From Spirochaetia bacterium (GTDB lineage: Bacteria > Spirochaetota > Spirochaetia > DSM-2461): DNA of 64,000 nt. Each line of letters begins with the position of its first letter. Position 1 is the first letter of the stretch. The DNA lies in contig CAXXIA010000002.1 in assembly GCA_963666985.2 (NCBI GenBank), positions 352,001 through 416,000 on the forward strand, read 5' to 3'. Of the stretch, positions 50,445 through 60,978 are shown piece by piece. Both the position numbers and the translations under genes were made by a program. The notes beneath the pieces are model-generated. The model saw only the letters and a program-made list of their open reading frames with translations, did not search any database and had not been told where the DNA came from.

Positions 50445-50510
50445 CAAACGGACGCTTATCCCGATGGAAGCGTCCCGAAAAGAGGGCGAATCTTTTTTAC
50501 ACTTCGGCGG

Positions 50511-51013
50511 CTACCAAATCTGCCCAATCATCGCTTGAAAATGTATGAAGCTGCTCGTAACACCTCCGCCGAAGTCGAAATTCAGACGATATCCCAATTC
50601 AAAGGCCAGCCGGGCGCTGTTTTGCTCCCCAATAACGTATTGAATCCAAAAAAGGCATTTATTTTGGAATAATTCCCGCTGAAATCCGAATCTGCGAACG
50701 TACCGAAAATAGCCATGTAGTGATAACTGGCTCCGACATAGAAGGAATTATCGGTACTTTCTCTGAAATAGAACCTCGATCCTAATCCCGGTTCGAGAAA
50801 AACGACAAAATCATTATCAATACTGATGGGCAGGAACGTCACCTGACCCGTCAGCCCGACAGGTCCGAGAAAATACTCTCCTCCGACACCGATAGGTGCG
50901 AATGAGTCCAACAGCACCAAATGCAGACTGAACGTCGGAGAAACATCTTCTTCGGCACCGGCGAAACCGACAAGAACAAGGCAGAATAAAATGAGCAGGG
51001 CGGACTTCTTCAT
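50511..51013 (-). pseudogene. Small outer-membrane beta-barrel gene with a 1-nt frameshift near 50620-50630
   Basis: GGAGGT RBS and signal peptide MKKSALL; the shifted frame continues NSARLAFELGYRLNFDFGGGVTSSFIHFQAMIGQIW*; span is 503 nt (3n+2). Confidence 0.68.
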
Positions 51014-51116
51014 TCCATACCTCCAAACGGAAAATATTCCCGTAATGAACAGTTTAGCCCAACGGATTAAGGATATCACCTCGACCCTACGGTAAAAATC
51101 ATGTTATGAGCATATT

Positions 51117-52283
51117 ATGAACAACGCAACCCGCAGGCAGCTGGACATCGCTTCGCGCAGTTCAATTTTCACCTATGCCATTTCGGCCGTCATAATACCC
51201 GTCAGTCTCCTGGCCATCATCAAAGAACTGGGTTTCACTCTGACACAGGCCGGAAGCTTAAGTCTCATCGCGACCATCGTGCAGTTTTCAATTCTTCTCG
51301 GTGCCATACCGGCCGCGGCAAAGACGGGAAAAATCCGTTTACTCCGCTGGGGACTCTGGATATTGGCGGCGGGATTAGCGGCTTTTACACGAATAAACAG
51401 CTTCGGGGCCGCCGTTCTCGTTATCCTTATCATCGGCCTGGGCCAGGCCGTTCTCGAAGCTCTGCTCACACCGCTGGTGGAAGATATCCACCCCGAAGAC
51501 GACGGATCGAACCAGGCTCTTCTCCATGCCTTCTGGCCCTTCGGAGTCATCTTCGGAACCCTGGTTATCGGAGAAGCCCTCACCAGAGGTGTCTCCTGGC
51601 GCACGGTCTTCCTGATTCTCGGCATTCTCTGCATAGCGGTCGGATCGATTTATCCCCGCCGTTCCCGCGCGAACCTTCCCCGTTCCAGAGCGGATTTCTC
51701 CCATGCCGGGGAAATCTTGCGCAAACCGGTTTTCTGGCTGATGGGAGCGGCTTTGTTTTTCGCCGGAGGCACCGAAGGCGGCTTTACATACTGGAGTGCA
51801 AGCTATATTCAAATTGAATACGGAACCTTGGCACGGGCGGGCGGACTGGGAACGGCATTCTTCTCTTTGGGGATGGCGGTCGGACGGCTCCTCGCCAGCC
51901 GAATCATGAGCCGCTTCGGAATAAAACGCATCCTCATCTCGGCCGTATTGTTTGCCTTGGCGGGAGGAATCGCATTCTACTTCGTTCGAAGTCTGCCGGT
52001 TCTCTATATAGATATGGTGATTATGGGGACATGCATCGGCCCCTTCTGGCCCGGAGTCCAAACATATGCCGTCCGCCGCATCGGAGGCGATCCGACGATG
52101 ATCATGGTGTTTCTCTCCTGCTTCGGCATCACGGGATTCAGCAGCGCGACCTTCATCATGGGAATCATCGGTGATCATGCGGGACTGAGAACCAGCTTTC
52201 TTGCCGCACCGGCCTATTTGGCGGCTCTGTTCGTTATCCTTCTCGTAGAAAACCGGTTGTGTTCAAAAACAAAAACCGGCTGA
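51117..52283 (+). CDS. MFS transporter (FucP/TsgA-like)
   Basis: About 12 TM segments; LLHAFWPFG, GGTEGGFTYW, GMAVGRL, MGIIGDHAGL. Confidence 0.85.
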   Translation: MNNATRRQLDIASRSSIFTYAISAVIIPVSLLAIIKELGFTLTQAGSLSLIATIVQFSILLGAIPAAAKTGKIRLLRWGLWILAAGLAAFTRINSFGAAVLVILIIGLGQAVLEALLTPLVEDIHPEDDGSNQALLHAFWPFGVIFGTLVIGEALTRGVSWRTVFLILGILCIAVGSIYPRRSRANLPRSRADFSHAGEILRKPVFWLMGAALFFAGGTEGGFTYWSASYIQIEYGTLARAGGLGTAFFSLGMAVGRLLASRIMSRFGIKRILISAVLFALAGGIAFYFVRSLPVLYIDMVIMGTCIGPFWPGVQTYAVRRIGGDPTMIMVFLSCFGITGFSSATFIMGIIGDHAGLRTSFLAAPAYLAALFVILLVENRLCSKTKTG

Positions 52284-52413
52284 TTCGGTCGGCATCGTCA
52301 TACGGAACAATCGCCGCCGGCTCTCGATTTAGATCACAATCCCGCGCACGGAACGAATCACAAGAACGCGGAATCAGCCCCCATGCGAACGGGGGCCTTT
52401 CCATGCATACCGC

Positions 52414-53844
52414 TCAAGCACCCTTTCCCCGGCGTCTCAGCCAAATCGTGGAAGGATCTTTAAAGCGTCTCCGGCCGGAGAGCAGCAGATAAGCCGCACT
52501 GCAGAGAATGATATAAAAAACATACAATCCGAAAACCTGATAGGTGGGAGTTAAAGTGCCGTTTACCGCACCGACGGCCGGCATATTCGCCGTGAGCAGA
52601 ATGGGGATGGCTCCGAGGAACGTCAGACCGGCCGAGAGCATGAAGTCCCGGCTCGCGGGAGTTTCAAAATTAGGATCGATAATGCGCAAAAGCGCCAGGC
52701 CGGAAGGCGCCGTACCGGTGGCCGCGCCGTAAACCATAATCATCCTGTAGAACACATGGCTCTGAAACACACGGCTCGAAAGCCAGATATGACTGAACGT
52801 CGTGGCCAACCCAACCAATCCCGCGATAATGGCAATGGGAATCCAATACCGAGTTACCACCGCGATGCTGATGGCCCCTATGGCCGAAGCCACCATGAAA
52901 TCCACGCTGAAACCGCTGATTCGCGTCATCCGCTGGTTGTCGATCACATACTCAATCCGGAAACCGCAAATTATGGCTTTAACGACCATGGCGGTCAGAC
53001 CGCAGAAAATAAACATGATGCCCCAAAGGTTGGTCGCCAGCTGTACTCCCGGACTCCCAAGAAAAGCCAACAGCCATGAAATCACTTTCAAAGCCAAGAA
53101 AGCCAATAAATACGTGAAAAGAACCAATCCGCCCGCAAAAGTCAAAGGGTCGATGGCCTCGGGGTTGGTAATGTCGGTTACCTCGGAAGATTTGGTGGTT
53201 TCGCCCCGATGCAGAACACCTTGACGCATCTTGCCGTCATTGATTCGAGCCAGCTCGTCCTGGGAGATCCAGCCCTTTCGAATACCGTAATTCACCAGGA
53301 ACACGCCGCCGAAACTGGCCCAAATGAATCCGATGGCACCGAAGGTCAAACCGATATCGCCCATGCCGGAGAAGCCCATAGTCTCCCAGCCCTTACCTAT
53401 GGCAAAGGCCTGACCGGGGCCGAGAGAATACCCCAGCGTGGCGAACAGACCGAATCCGGGGAACAAATCCGGCAGGAATGTCTTAATCATGATAATCGTC
53501 AGAAGAGTCCCCAAAAAGCATTGGACAACATATTGACTGAGAACCATGGTGCTGGTGGCGAACACATCGCGGCTGCTTCTGCGCTTCTCGCTGCTCACCC
53601 GAAGAGTCATGGAAATAAAAGAAATATTCAGAAAATGGTAAACGATGTTTTCAAGACTCATCGTATCCATGCCCCAGCGGGGGAACACCCAATTATAGAG
53701 GGGAAGCAGCAGGAATCCCGCGGTTAATGCGTTTGGAATAAGATAGCGCTGAAAAAACCGTATTTTGGAACGAATCAGGGTTGCCATAATAAGAGCCCCA
53801 CCGATGATGCCCATATCGATAAGGAACTGCCAGCTGAAATCCAT
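52414..53844 (-). CDS. gltS: Sodium:glutamate symporter family
   Basis: FQRYLIPNALTAG, GPGQA, GLTFGAIG, YGAATGT...GLALLRIIDP. Confidence 0.82.
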   Translation of the reverse strand: MDFSWQFLIDMGIIGGALIMATLIRSKIRFFQRYLIPNALTAGFLLLPLYNWVFPRWGMDTMSLENIVYHFLNISFISMTLRVSSEKRRSSRDVFATSTMVLSQYVVQCFLGTLLTIIMIKTFLPDLFPGFGLFATLGYSLGPGQAFAIGKGWETMGFSGMGDIGLTFGAIGFIWASFGGVFLVNYGIRKGWISQDELARINDGKMRQGVLHRGETTKSSEVTDITNPEAIDPLTFAGGLVLFTYLLAFLALKVISWLLAFLGSPGVQLATNLWGIMFIFCGLTAMVVKAIICGFRIEYVIDNQRMTRISGFSVDFMVASAIGAISIAVVTRYWIPIAIIAGLVGLATTFSHIWLSSRVFQSHVFYRMIMVYGAATGTAPSGLALLRIIDPNFETPASRDFMLSAGLTFLGAIPILLTANMPAVGAVNGTLTPTYQVFGLYVFYIILCSAAYLLLSGRRRFKDPSTIWLRRRGKGA

Positions 53845-54132
53845 GGGGGAACCTCCGTAACGTCAGATCAATATGATACGGTCATTTTCAGGTCCTCTCA
53901 AGCGGGATTATCCTGTTCTCAGTATTTTTTTATACGCTTTTCTGGTTTTTGTCAGCCTAGAAGACGTCTGTAACGAATTAAATACAGAAATATAATTATG
54001 CTTTTTTCAGTGACGGTGTCCAGGCCCTACGACTTAGTGTATAATATTTTTTATTTCAGAGAGTAGCATACAATAAAAAAACGTTCTGACTAGAAAGTAT
54101 TCAATATTGATGCGCCAAGAATAAAAAACTAT

Positions 54133-54660
54133 ATGAGAAATAAATACGATACATTATTTAAAATACCATACGCCAAGAATTCATTCCTGATCGGACGTTA
54201 TGATCGGTTGCAAGTAGTTCAAGTTTTTAACATTGATTATACGGACACTTTTTGCGTAAAGGATTTAGATGTAACAAAAGGACTCTTTACATGTCTGGTT
54301 GACTTCAATCGGTGCAGTTGGGAAGCAATAGGAGAATCAATAAAGCTTAATCTTATTGATGTCAGTTTTTATTTGGTCGGTTCCTCAAGAATAATAGAAG
54401 AAAAGATCTATTCAGACACGGACACGTTCCAAATATATAAAAAAGAATTAATTGACGATAAAGTACAGGTTAGCTTTAGAGATTCAGATTTGGATTCTTG
54501 TATTGGATTGGATAGGTTCTCAGTTTATTCAGAAGAAAATATTGTAAGCAGAATCCAATTTGAGAAAAAAGGAATAGATAATCATAAAAGGGGCGAGGAA
54601 TATTACTCAACGCTTGGACCTTTGAAAAGAAATGCTTGGTTCCTTAAATCCCCCCAATAA
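54133..54660 (+). CDS. AT-rich hypothetical protein, possibly degenerate
   Basis: Only long ORF in a very AT-rich patch; no recognisable motif. Confidence 0.45.
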   Translation: MRNKYDTLFKIPYAKNSFLIGRYDRLQVVQVFNIDYTDTFCVKDLDVTKGLFTCLVDFNRCSWEAIGESIKLNLIDVSFYLVGSSRIIEEKIYSDTDTFQIYKKELIDDKVQVSFRDSDLDSCIGLDRFSVYSEENIVSRIQFEKKGIDNHKRGEEYYSTLGPLKRNAWFLKSPQ

Positions 54661-54932
54661 ATAATTACTTTAAAAAAATGGTTTAGGGAAATTAAAGAAG
54701 GCACAAAATATCCTCATCAAAAGTAATAATATATTTCTGATGAGGATATCTCATAGTTCTGGTAGGGGTTTTTAAAATAAACAGCTGCAAACAAGGATTA
54801 TGTAAAAAACCTGCAAACTTTCATTTTGGGACTTTTATTAGTTCCGCTGAGCAACATTTCCTTTTTCGAAAATCTTCCCAATCTTCGCATTGGCCATGAC
54901 CAACACTACCTTCCTCATTAAAACATTAGGGA

Positions 54933-55205
54933 CTACCAGCGAGTATTCTGCCGAGGTTCTCGAGGTTTTGCTTCATTACATTTGATGTTTCGTCCATCAA
55001 GAACGGAACCATCCATCCCGGCAACGGCTTTCTTAGCTTCTTCCTCAGTAGACATTTCGACAAAACCAAAACCCTTTGATCGATTGGTTTCCCGATCAAT
55101 AACAATTCTAGCAGACTCAACGGTGCCGAATCTCTCGAACGCGGATTGTAGGTCGTGATCATCGGTTTCCCAAGACAATCCGCCTACGTACAATTTCTTA
55201 CCCAT
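54933..55205 (-). CDS. RRM (RNP-1) RNA-binding protein
   Basis: KLYVGGL (RNP2) and RSKGFGFVEM (RNP1). Confidence 0.95.
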   Translation of the reverse strand: MGKKLYVGGLSWETDDHDLQSAFERFGTVESARIVIDRETNRSKGFGFVEMSTEEEAKKAVAGMDGSVLDGRNIKCNEAKPREPRQNTRW

Positions 55206-55644
55206 AATTTTACTCTCTTTTCCTGAATTCCCAGTAATCTACAATTACGTAATTTCACGCAGCACCATAGAACTTGAGTTATAAATACAAATGTCGATGA
55301 AAAGAGGATAAAAAAGGTTAAATGATCCGCTTAAAACAAACAAAGTGTAACTACTGGTTACCGTATACTAACAGCTTCTTCAAGAAGATGATAGTAACCA
55401 AGTCTATTTCTCGCCGTAAACATGAGCAGAATCGATTTACCGGTTGAATGAATCAGACTGGATTTTCTGCTGTCAAGTTGGAAAATGTTTCCGAAAATAC
55501 GGTTGCAGGTTCCCCGCCAACAGGACAATACCGTATCATCTGAACATAGAGAGGGTGCATTCTGATGAGAGGTGTGTTTATGGTTGCGGAATTATGGGGT
55601 GTTTCAATTCGAATCAGTGATTTTTATAGGAATGAATTTCTACA

Positions 55645-56475
55645 GTGAAGTTTCTCAAGGCCTCCTACACTCCCGATTCCCGAACCCATAGAATCATTTC
55701 TTTAGCGGCATGGAGTGGAGTTGCCGTTTTTTTCTTCATTCTTCTTTTTAATCCTTTCGAACTGCCCGAAGTGGAGCTGACGGAAACCCTTTTCCTGGTT
55801 GCCGGTATGGGATTGATATCATTTCTTTCCCCTATCATTTTTCTGGTCGTAATCCCAAGGTTTTTACCCAAATGGTTTTTAGTCGGAGAATGGGAGGAAG
55901 GACCACCGGATCTGCTGAATTTAGCCGTCTGGGTAATATCGACGACAGCAATGGCCTTCTACGTTCGTTACGTCGCCGATACGCCCTTATCCATTCCTGC
56001 GGTTGTCCGAATCACTTTGGTTTGCCTCGCACCGCCGATATACTTCCGGGTGAATATGCGGCTCCTTTCCCTACGCCGCAGTCTTGAGGCACATAAGAAA
56101 CCATATTCCGAGAAGACTCCTCAATATATACCGACAATTGAAATTGCCTCGGACAACGGCAACGAATCTGTGGAAATTTCTTCAGATCGGCTACTATATA
56201 TCAAGGCAGCGGATAATTATGTGGAAGTGGTGAAGCAGGTCAACGGAGGAATCCAGTCACGGCTCATCCGTACGACATTGAAGAAAGTTGGCATGGATCT
56301 TAAAGCCTTTCCTGGAATACTGCAGTGCCACAGGGCGTATATAATCAATACCGAAAAGGTCGAGAAGATGCACAGATCGCCGAATGGATATACAATTGTC
56401 CTAAAAGGTGTTCCCGAAAGCATCCCTGTTTCCCGGGCTTATCAGATCAGGGTAAGGGAAGCTCTTAAACTTTGA
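55645..56475 (+). CDS. Membrane-anchored LytTR-family transcriptional regulator
   Basis: Four N-terminal TM helices; YIKAADNYVEV, CHRAYIIN and IPVSR motifs; GTG start. Confidence 0.88.
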   Translation: MKFLKASYTPDSRTHRIISLAAWSGVAVFFFILLFNPFELPEVELTETLFLVAGMGLISFLSPIIFLVVIPRFLPKWFLVGEWEEGPPDLLNLAVWVISTTAMAFYVRYVADTPLSIPAVVRITLVCLAPPIYFRVNMRLLSLRRSLEAHKKPYSEKTPQYIPTIEIASDNGNESVEISSDRLLYIKAADNYVEVVKQVNGGIQSRLIRTTLKKVGMDLKAFPGILQCHRAYIINTEKVEKMHRSPNGYTIVLKGVPESIPVSRAYQIRVREALKL

Positions 56476-56610
56476 AGGGACAGGCGACACCCATACCCAA
56501 TGAACGGCGTCAGTCCCTCGAGAATCGGCCGGTATCCCGCGCAGGCGGCAGGCGGCCCTTTCATAAGAAAAGCCATTTACTCCCATTTCAATTTCAATAT
56601 GATACGGGAC

Positions 56611-57420
56611 ATGGAAAAAATCGTTGAAAAATATTGCGAAATGCCGGGTCTTATCAAACGTCCTATGTGGAGGATCTGGCATCGCCTGCTGATTCGATTC
56701 GACAAAGACATTCGGGCAAAATGTCTTAACTACGGCTATCATGAAGAAAAACCGAAGGAAAGGCTCGGCCTAGATAAAGAGGATGAAGAAAATCGATACG
56801 GCATTCAGTTATACAATCATGTGGCGGCCCGAATCCCTCTGGATAGAAAAGATATTGTCGAAGTCGGTTCCGGCCGCGGAGGAGGTGCATCATTCCTCGC
56901 CAGGCATTACGGACCTAAAACGTATCGGGCGATAGACATTTCATCAAAACTCATTGATTTCTGCAATCGGTACTACGACATCAAGGGACTTTCATTCCAC
57001 TACGGCAATGCCGAAAACCTTCCGGTTGAAAATCAATCCTGCGACGTGGTTGTAAACGTGGAGTCCGCCCGCTGTTATCGAAACATCCGGACGTTCTTCT
57101 CGGAAGTGAACAGAATACTGAGGCCCGGTGGATATTTTATGTTTGCCGATATGATTTCTCCGGATCACCTGCCGGAGATTCTGAGACTCCTTAAATCCAG
57201 CGGTTTTGAGATTCATGATCAACAGGACATCACCAGTAATGTGATCATGGCGCTCGATCAGGATTCCTTGCGCCGGAAGGCCCTCATCCGCCGCCGGTCA
57301 CCCCGATTTCTTTCGAAGGCGTTTGCCCAGTTTGCCGGAACCCATGGAACCGAGCGATACGATTCTTTTCGTAACGGGACGTTCCAATACTGGTCGTTCG
57401 TTATGGTTCGGGCAGCATGA
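56611..57420 (+). CDS. Class I SAM-dependent methyltransferase (fatty-acid O-methyltransferase-like)
   Basis: LNYGY, IQLYNHV, VEVGSGRGGG, NVESARCY, RILRPGG; start at 56611 from promoter spacing. Confidence 0.85.
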   Translation: MEKIVEKYCEMPGLIKRPMWRIWHRLLIRFDKDIRAKCLNYGYHEEKPKERLGLDKEDEENRYGIQLYNHVAARIPLDRKDIVEVGSGRGGGASFLARHYGPKTYRAIDISSKLIDFCNRYYDIKGLSFHYGNAENLPVENQSCDVVVNVESARCYRNIRTFFSEVNRILRPGGYFMFADMISPDHLPEILRLLKSSGFEIHDQQDITSNVIMALDQDSLRRKALIRRRSPRFLSKAFAQFAGTHGTERYDSFRNGTFQYWSFVMVRAA

Positions 57421-57486
57421 ATGGGGATTGGTTTGAAGCGCTCAAGGCTTTCAAGGAAAATCCTCAATCTGCGAATAGGAGACGAT

Positions 57487-57744
57487 ATGACCAAAAACGA
57501 TCAAGAACCTAAGTACACAAGAACAAAACTGAAGGCTTTCACGACCAACAAGCCCTTGTGGGCATTTTGGACGCTTTATATCGCAATCAGCGGAGTTCTG
57601 TTCGGAGTCTTCTATGGAGTTGTCCGCATCGTTTTATATCGGTGGTGGATCGCCCCAATAATCATTATCGCGGGCGGCATCATCTGGGGTACGATGAGTT
57701 ATTCGGCAATGAAAAAAACACAGCATTCGAAAGAGGCATCTTAA
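57487..57744 (+). CDS. Small two-TM membrane protein
   Basis: AGGAG RBS before ATG at 57487; two hydrophobic helices. Confidence 0.6.
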   Translation: MTKNDQEPKYTRTKLKAFTTNKPLWAFWTLYIAISGVLFGVFYGVVRIVLYRWWIAPIIIIAGGIIWGTMSYSAMKKTQHSKEAS

Positions 57745-58575
57745 ATCCTGCCGAACGAATACATTGATCGCTGCCCGAAGGTAAGACTATCGACTTGGAT
57801 ATAGCGGGGTTTCCATCGGCTCAGAAAGAGACTTTATGTAAATCCGCCGATTGCCGGTCAGGATTTCAGCGAGGATTCGACTCATCAACAGCTGCGGATG
57901 ACCTTCTTGATTGCCGATATCGATGATGGAGCGATGATGAGTGTTTATACACCGCACGGCAATAGCCGGGATTTCTGCTTAGGGCATCCCGTGAGTCATC
58001 CTCAGACGGAAAGCGGCACATCATTTTTGGATCAATCGAAGCAATTAAAAGATGATGTCCGACGCATCGTTAAAAAAGCACTCTACCGAGGTGTTCTCGC
58101 GCTCTGCAATGTGTATTAGGTCAAATCATCGGGACCGAAATTCAAGAAATCCGCATGGATCGAAATTTTCCGAATAGATAACGCCGCGCGAGAATTTCGA
58201 TCATCACTCCAAGCGGCGGAAGCGTGGGTATTTCCATTCCCCGGGCGAGATGAGAACCTTTCTCACCAGCCTGGCATCTTCCGACAACGTTACCATCGGG
58301 ATCAGAATTCACAGATCAAATTCCGAAGACAGATCCAATGTCGCGCGTAGCCTGGTCAGCAAAGAATCAAGATATTCATAGAACCCGGCTAAAGCCGTGG
58401 TGTTCTGTCTTTGACTTCATGAGAGCCTCGGTCGCCATGCCCCCAAAAAACCAACACCGTCCGACAACATTAAAAAATCGACGCTTAATAAGGATAAGAA
58501 CGCAGCCCGGTGATTGCATCGTTCTTCGACGGCTCTTAAAGAACCTCCCCGCGTTCTCCTTCCTCAGCTTCGGCG

Positions 58576-60747
58576 TCAACTCTCCGCCGAGGAAGCCTCA
58601 GCCTGCTCGGCCTCTTTCGCCGCTTTCTCTTCTTCCGCCTTCTTGGCGGCCTCTTCCTCGGCGGCCCGCCGTTCGGCCATCCGCTCCTTAATGGCCTCGT
58701 TCCGGGCTTCTCCGGACTCCTTCGCCCTCTCGGAAGGCTTCAAATCCGCGGCCTTTCTCTTTGCAAACTCTTTCGCGCCGGCTTCATCGGCATTAATCAG
58801 TTCCATGAGCTCTTCGCGCTCGATGGTCTCGGCATCCATCAAACGACCAGTAATAGTCTCCAGCAGACTTCGCTGCTTCTTCAGGAGCTTAAGAACACGC
58901 TCATAGCTCTCGGCCATAATCCGCGAGATTTCCTCGTCGATGTAGCGCTGAGTCTCTTCGGAATATTCCCTGCTCTGACCGTAATACTGATCGTTATGCC
59001 CGAGAAATCCCCCGCCCCGCTTGTCCAGCGAAACATTGCTGAATTTCTCGCTCATTCCCAGCCGCGTAATCATGGAACGGGCGATGTCCGTGGCCTGCAT
59101 GATATCGTTTCCGGCGCCGGTGGAAACCGTCCCGTAAATAATCTGTTCGGCCGCCCTTCCTCCGAGCGCCACGTCGATACGGCCCAAAAGTTCCTCTCGT
59201 GTCTGGAAGGAGCGTTCCTCCTCGGGAACCGGAAGCATGTAGCCCATCACGCCGTATCCCCGAGGAACAATGGTAATTTTCTTCACCAAATGCTGATCGG
59301 GAGTAAACACATTCACCAGCGCGTGGCCCGTTTCATGATAGGCGGTAACTTCCCGCTCATGCGGATTCAAGAGCTTGTTCTTCTTCGCCAAACCGATGGC
59401 CGTCTTCTCGATGGCTTCCATGAAATCGTCATTGGAAACCTTATCCCGTCCCAAACGCACCGCGAGAAGCGCCGCTTCATTAACGATATTGGCCAAATCC
59501 GCGCCGGCCAGACCGGCGGTCGCTTTCGCCACGTCCGACAAATCCACATTCTCCTCAAGCTTCACGCCCACCGAATGAATGCGCAAAATGGCCTCGCGGC
59601 CGATTTGATCCGGCTTGTCCACCACCACCTGCCGATCGAAGCGGCCCGGACGAAGCAGCGCCGGATCAAGAACCTCCGGACGGTTGGTCGCCGCCAGAAT
59701 AATCACGCCGCTGGTGGAATCGAAACCGTCCATTTCCACCAGAAGCTGGTTCAGCGTCTGCTCCCTCTCATCGTTGGTGGACAATGTCCCGGAACGGCTC
59801 TTGCCGATGGCATCCAACTCATCGATGAAAATAATGCAGGGAGCCTTGTCCCGAGCCTGTTTGAACAAATCCCGAACCCGGGCGGCGCCCACACCGACGA
59901 ACATTTCCACGAAATCCGCGCCCGACATCCGGAAAAACGTTACGCCCGCCTCGCCGGCCACCGCACGGGCCAAAAGCGTTTTACCCGTTCCCGGAGGGCC
60001 CACCAGCAGCGCGCCCTTGGGAATCTTTCCGCCGATATTCGTGTACTTCGTCGGACTTTTTAAGAAATCGACGATCTCAACCAGTTCGTCCTTGGCCTCG
60101 TCACAGCCGGCCACATCCTTGAACCTTGTTTTTAAATCGTTCTCGGCGACGATCTTCGCGTTGTTCTGCCCGAAGCTCATCACATTCGACCCGCCCAGGC
60201 CGCCCATGCGGCGCATCATATAGCGCCAAATCACCAAAAGAAGAACCATGGGGAGCACCATGCGGATCAGAAGTTCCAGGAAATAATTGCTCCGTTCGGG
60301 AACCGCCAAGTACACAACGCCCATCTTTTCCAGAAGGGGCAGCAGTTCCGCATCATCCGGAATACGCTCGGTCTCCCAGCTCTTCATGGACCCGTCCTGG
60401 GCTTTAAAAACATCCTGAAGGTAATACGCGATGGACCCTGTTTCGGTCACATCGCCGGTTAAAAAGGAATATCCGATCAGGGACGTCCCCGTATATCGAA
60501 CTTCCTTAATCGTTCCCTCGGCAATAAGATCCTTAAATTTACTATAGGGAATCGATTGATCGCTTCCCCGCATAAAAAGCATGTTCATTATACTTAAAAG
60601 AACAACGGCCAGCAGAAGGTACCACATCGAAAAACGGAATTTTCCCCCCTTAAAGGGACTCTTCCCTCCGTCGGTAACCTCTTTCTTAGCTTTCTTCAGC
60701 AGTTCGCGCCAATCGTTCTGATCTTCCGGTTTTCGGTTGTCGCTCAT
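58576..60747 (-). CDS. ftsH: ATP-dependent zinc metalloprotease FtsH
   Basis: Two TM segments, [33 protein letters not shown]. Confidence 0.97.
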   Translation of the reverse strand: MSDNRKPEDQNDWRELLKKAKKEVTDGGKSPFKGGKFRFSMWYLLLAVVLLSIMNMLFMRGSDQSIPYSKFKDLIAEGTIKEVRYTGTSLIGYSFLTGDVTETGSIAYYLQDVFKAQDGSMKSWETERIPDDAELLPLLEKMGVVYLAVPERSNYFLELLIRMVLPMVLLLVIWRYMMRRMGGLGGSNVMSFGQNNAKIVAENDLKTRFKDVAGCDEAKDELVEIVDFLKSPTKYTNIGGKIPKGALLVGPPGTGKTLLARAVAGEAGVTFFRMSGADFVEMFVGVGAARVRDLFKQARDKAPCIIFIDELDAIGKSRSGTLSTNDEREQTLNQLLVEMDGFDSTSGVIILAATNRPEVLDPALLRPGRFDRQVVVDKPDQIGREAILRIHSVGVKLEENVDLSDVAKATAGLAGADLANIVNEAALLAVRLGRDKVSNDDFMEAIEKTAIGLAKKNKLLNPHEREVTAYHETGHALVNVFTPDQHLVKKITIVPRGYGVMGYMLPVPEEERSFQTREELLGRIDVALGGRAAEQIIYGTVSTGAGNDIMQATDIARSMITRLGMSEKFSNVSLDKRGGGFLGHNDQYYGQSREYSEETQRYIDEEISRIMAESYERVLKLLKKQRSLLETITGRLMDAETIEREELMELINADEAGAKEFAKRKAADLKPSERAKESGEARNEAIKERMAERRAAEEEAAKKAEEEKAAKEAEQAEASSAES

Positions 60748-60978
60748 GTCCTCTCCACAGCACGCATTAAGCGTAACACATACATAAAATAAAGAATTCG
60801 GAGCCGATTGGGAAATTTCAGTTTTTTAAGAGAGTAGCCCCCGAAGCCGAATCTCCGATGCCTTTCCCAAATCCGACTCGGCCGATCCCGCCGATACCTA
60901 TGAATAAAAGCTTCAAAAAACTCGATTTCTCCGCACATTCCATTCCCTACCGCGGCTTTCGAAGAGTATCATTTTCCC

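Noticed and set aside
57745..58575. Short ORFs between the membrane protein gene and ftsH
   Set aside because: No RBS or motif support and frames are interrupted; possibly gene remnants, but not callable.
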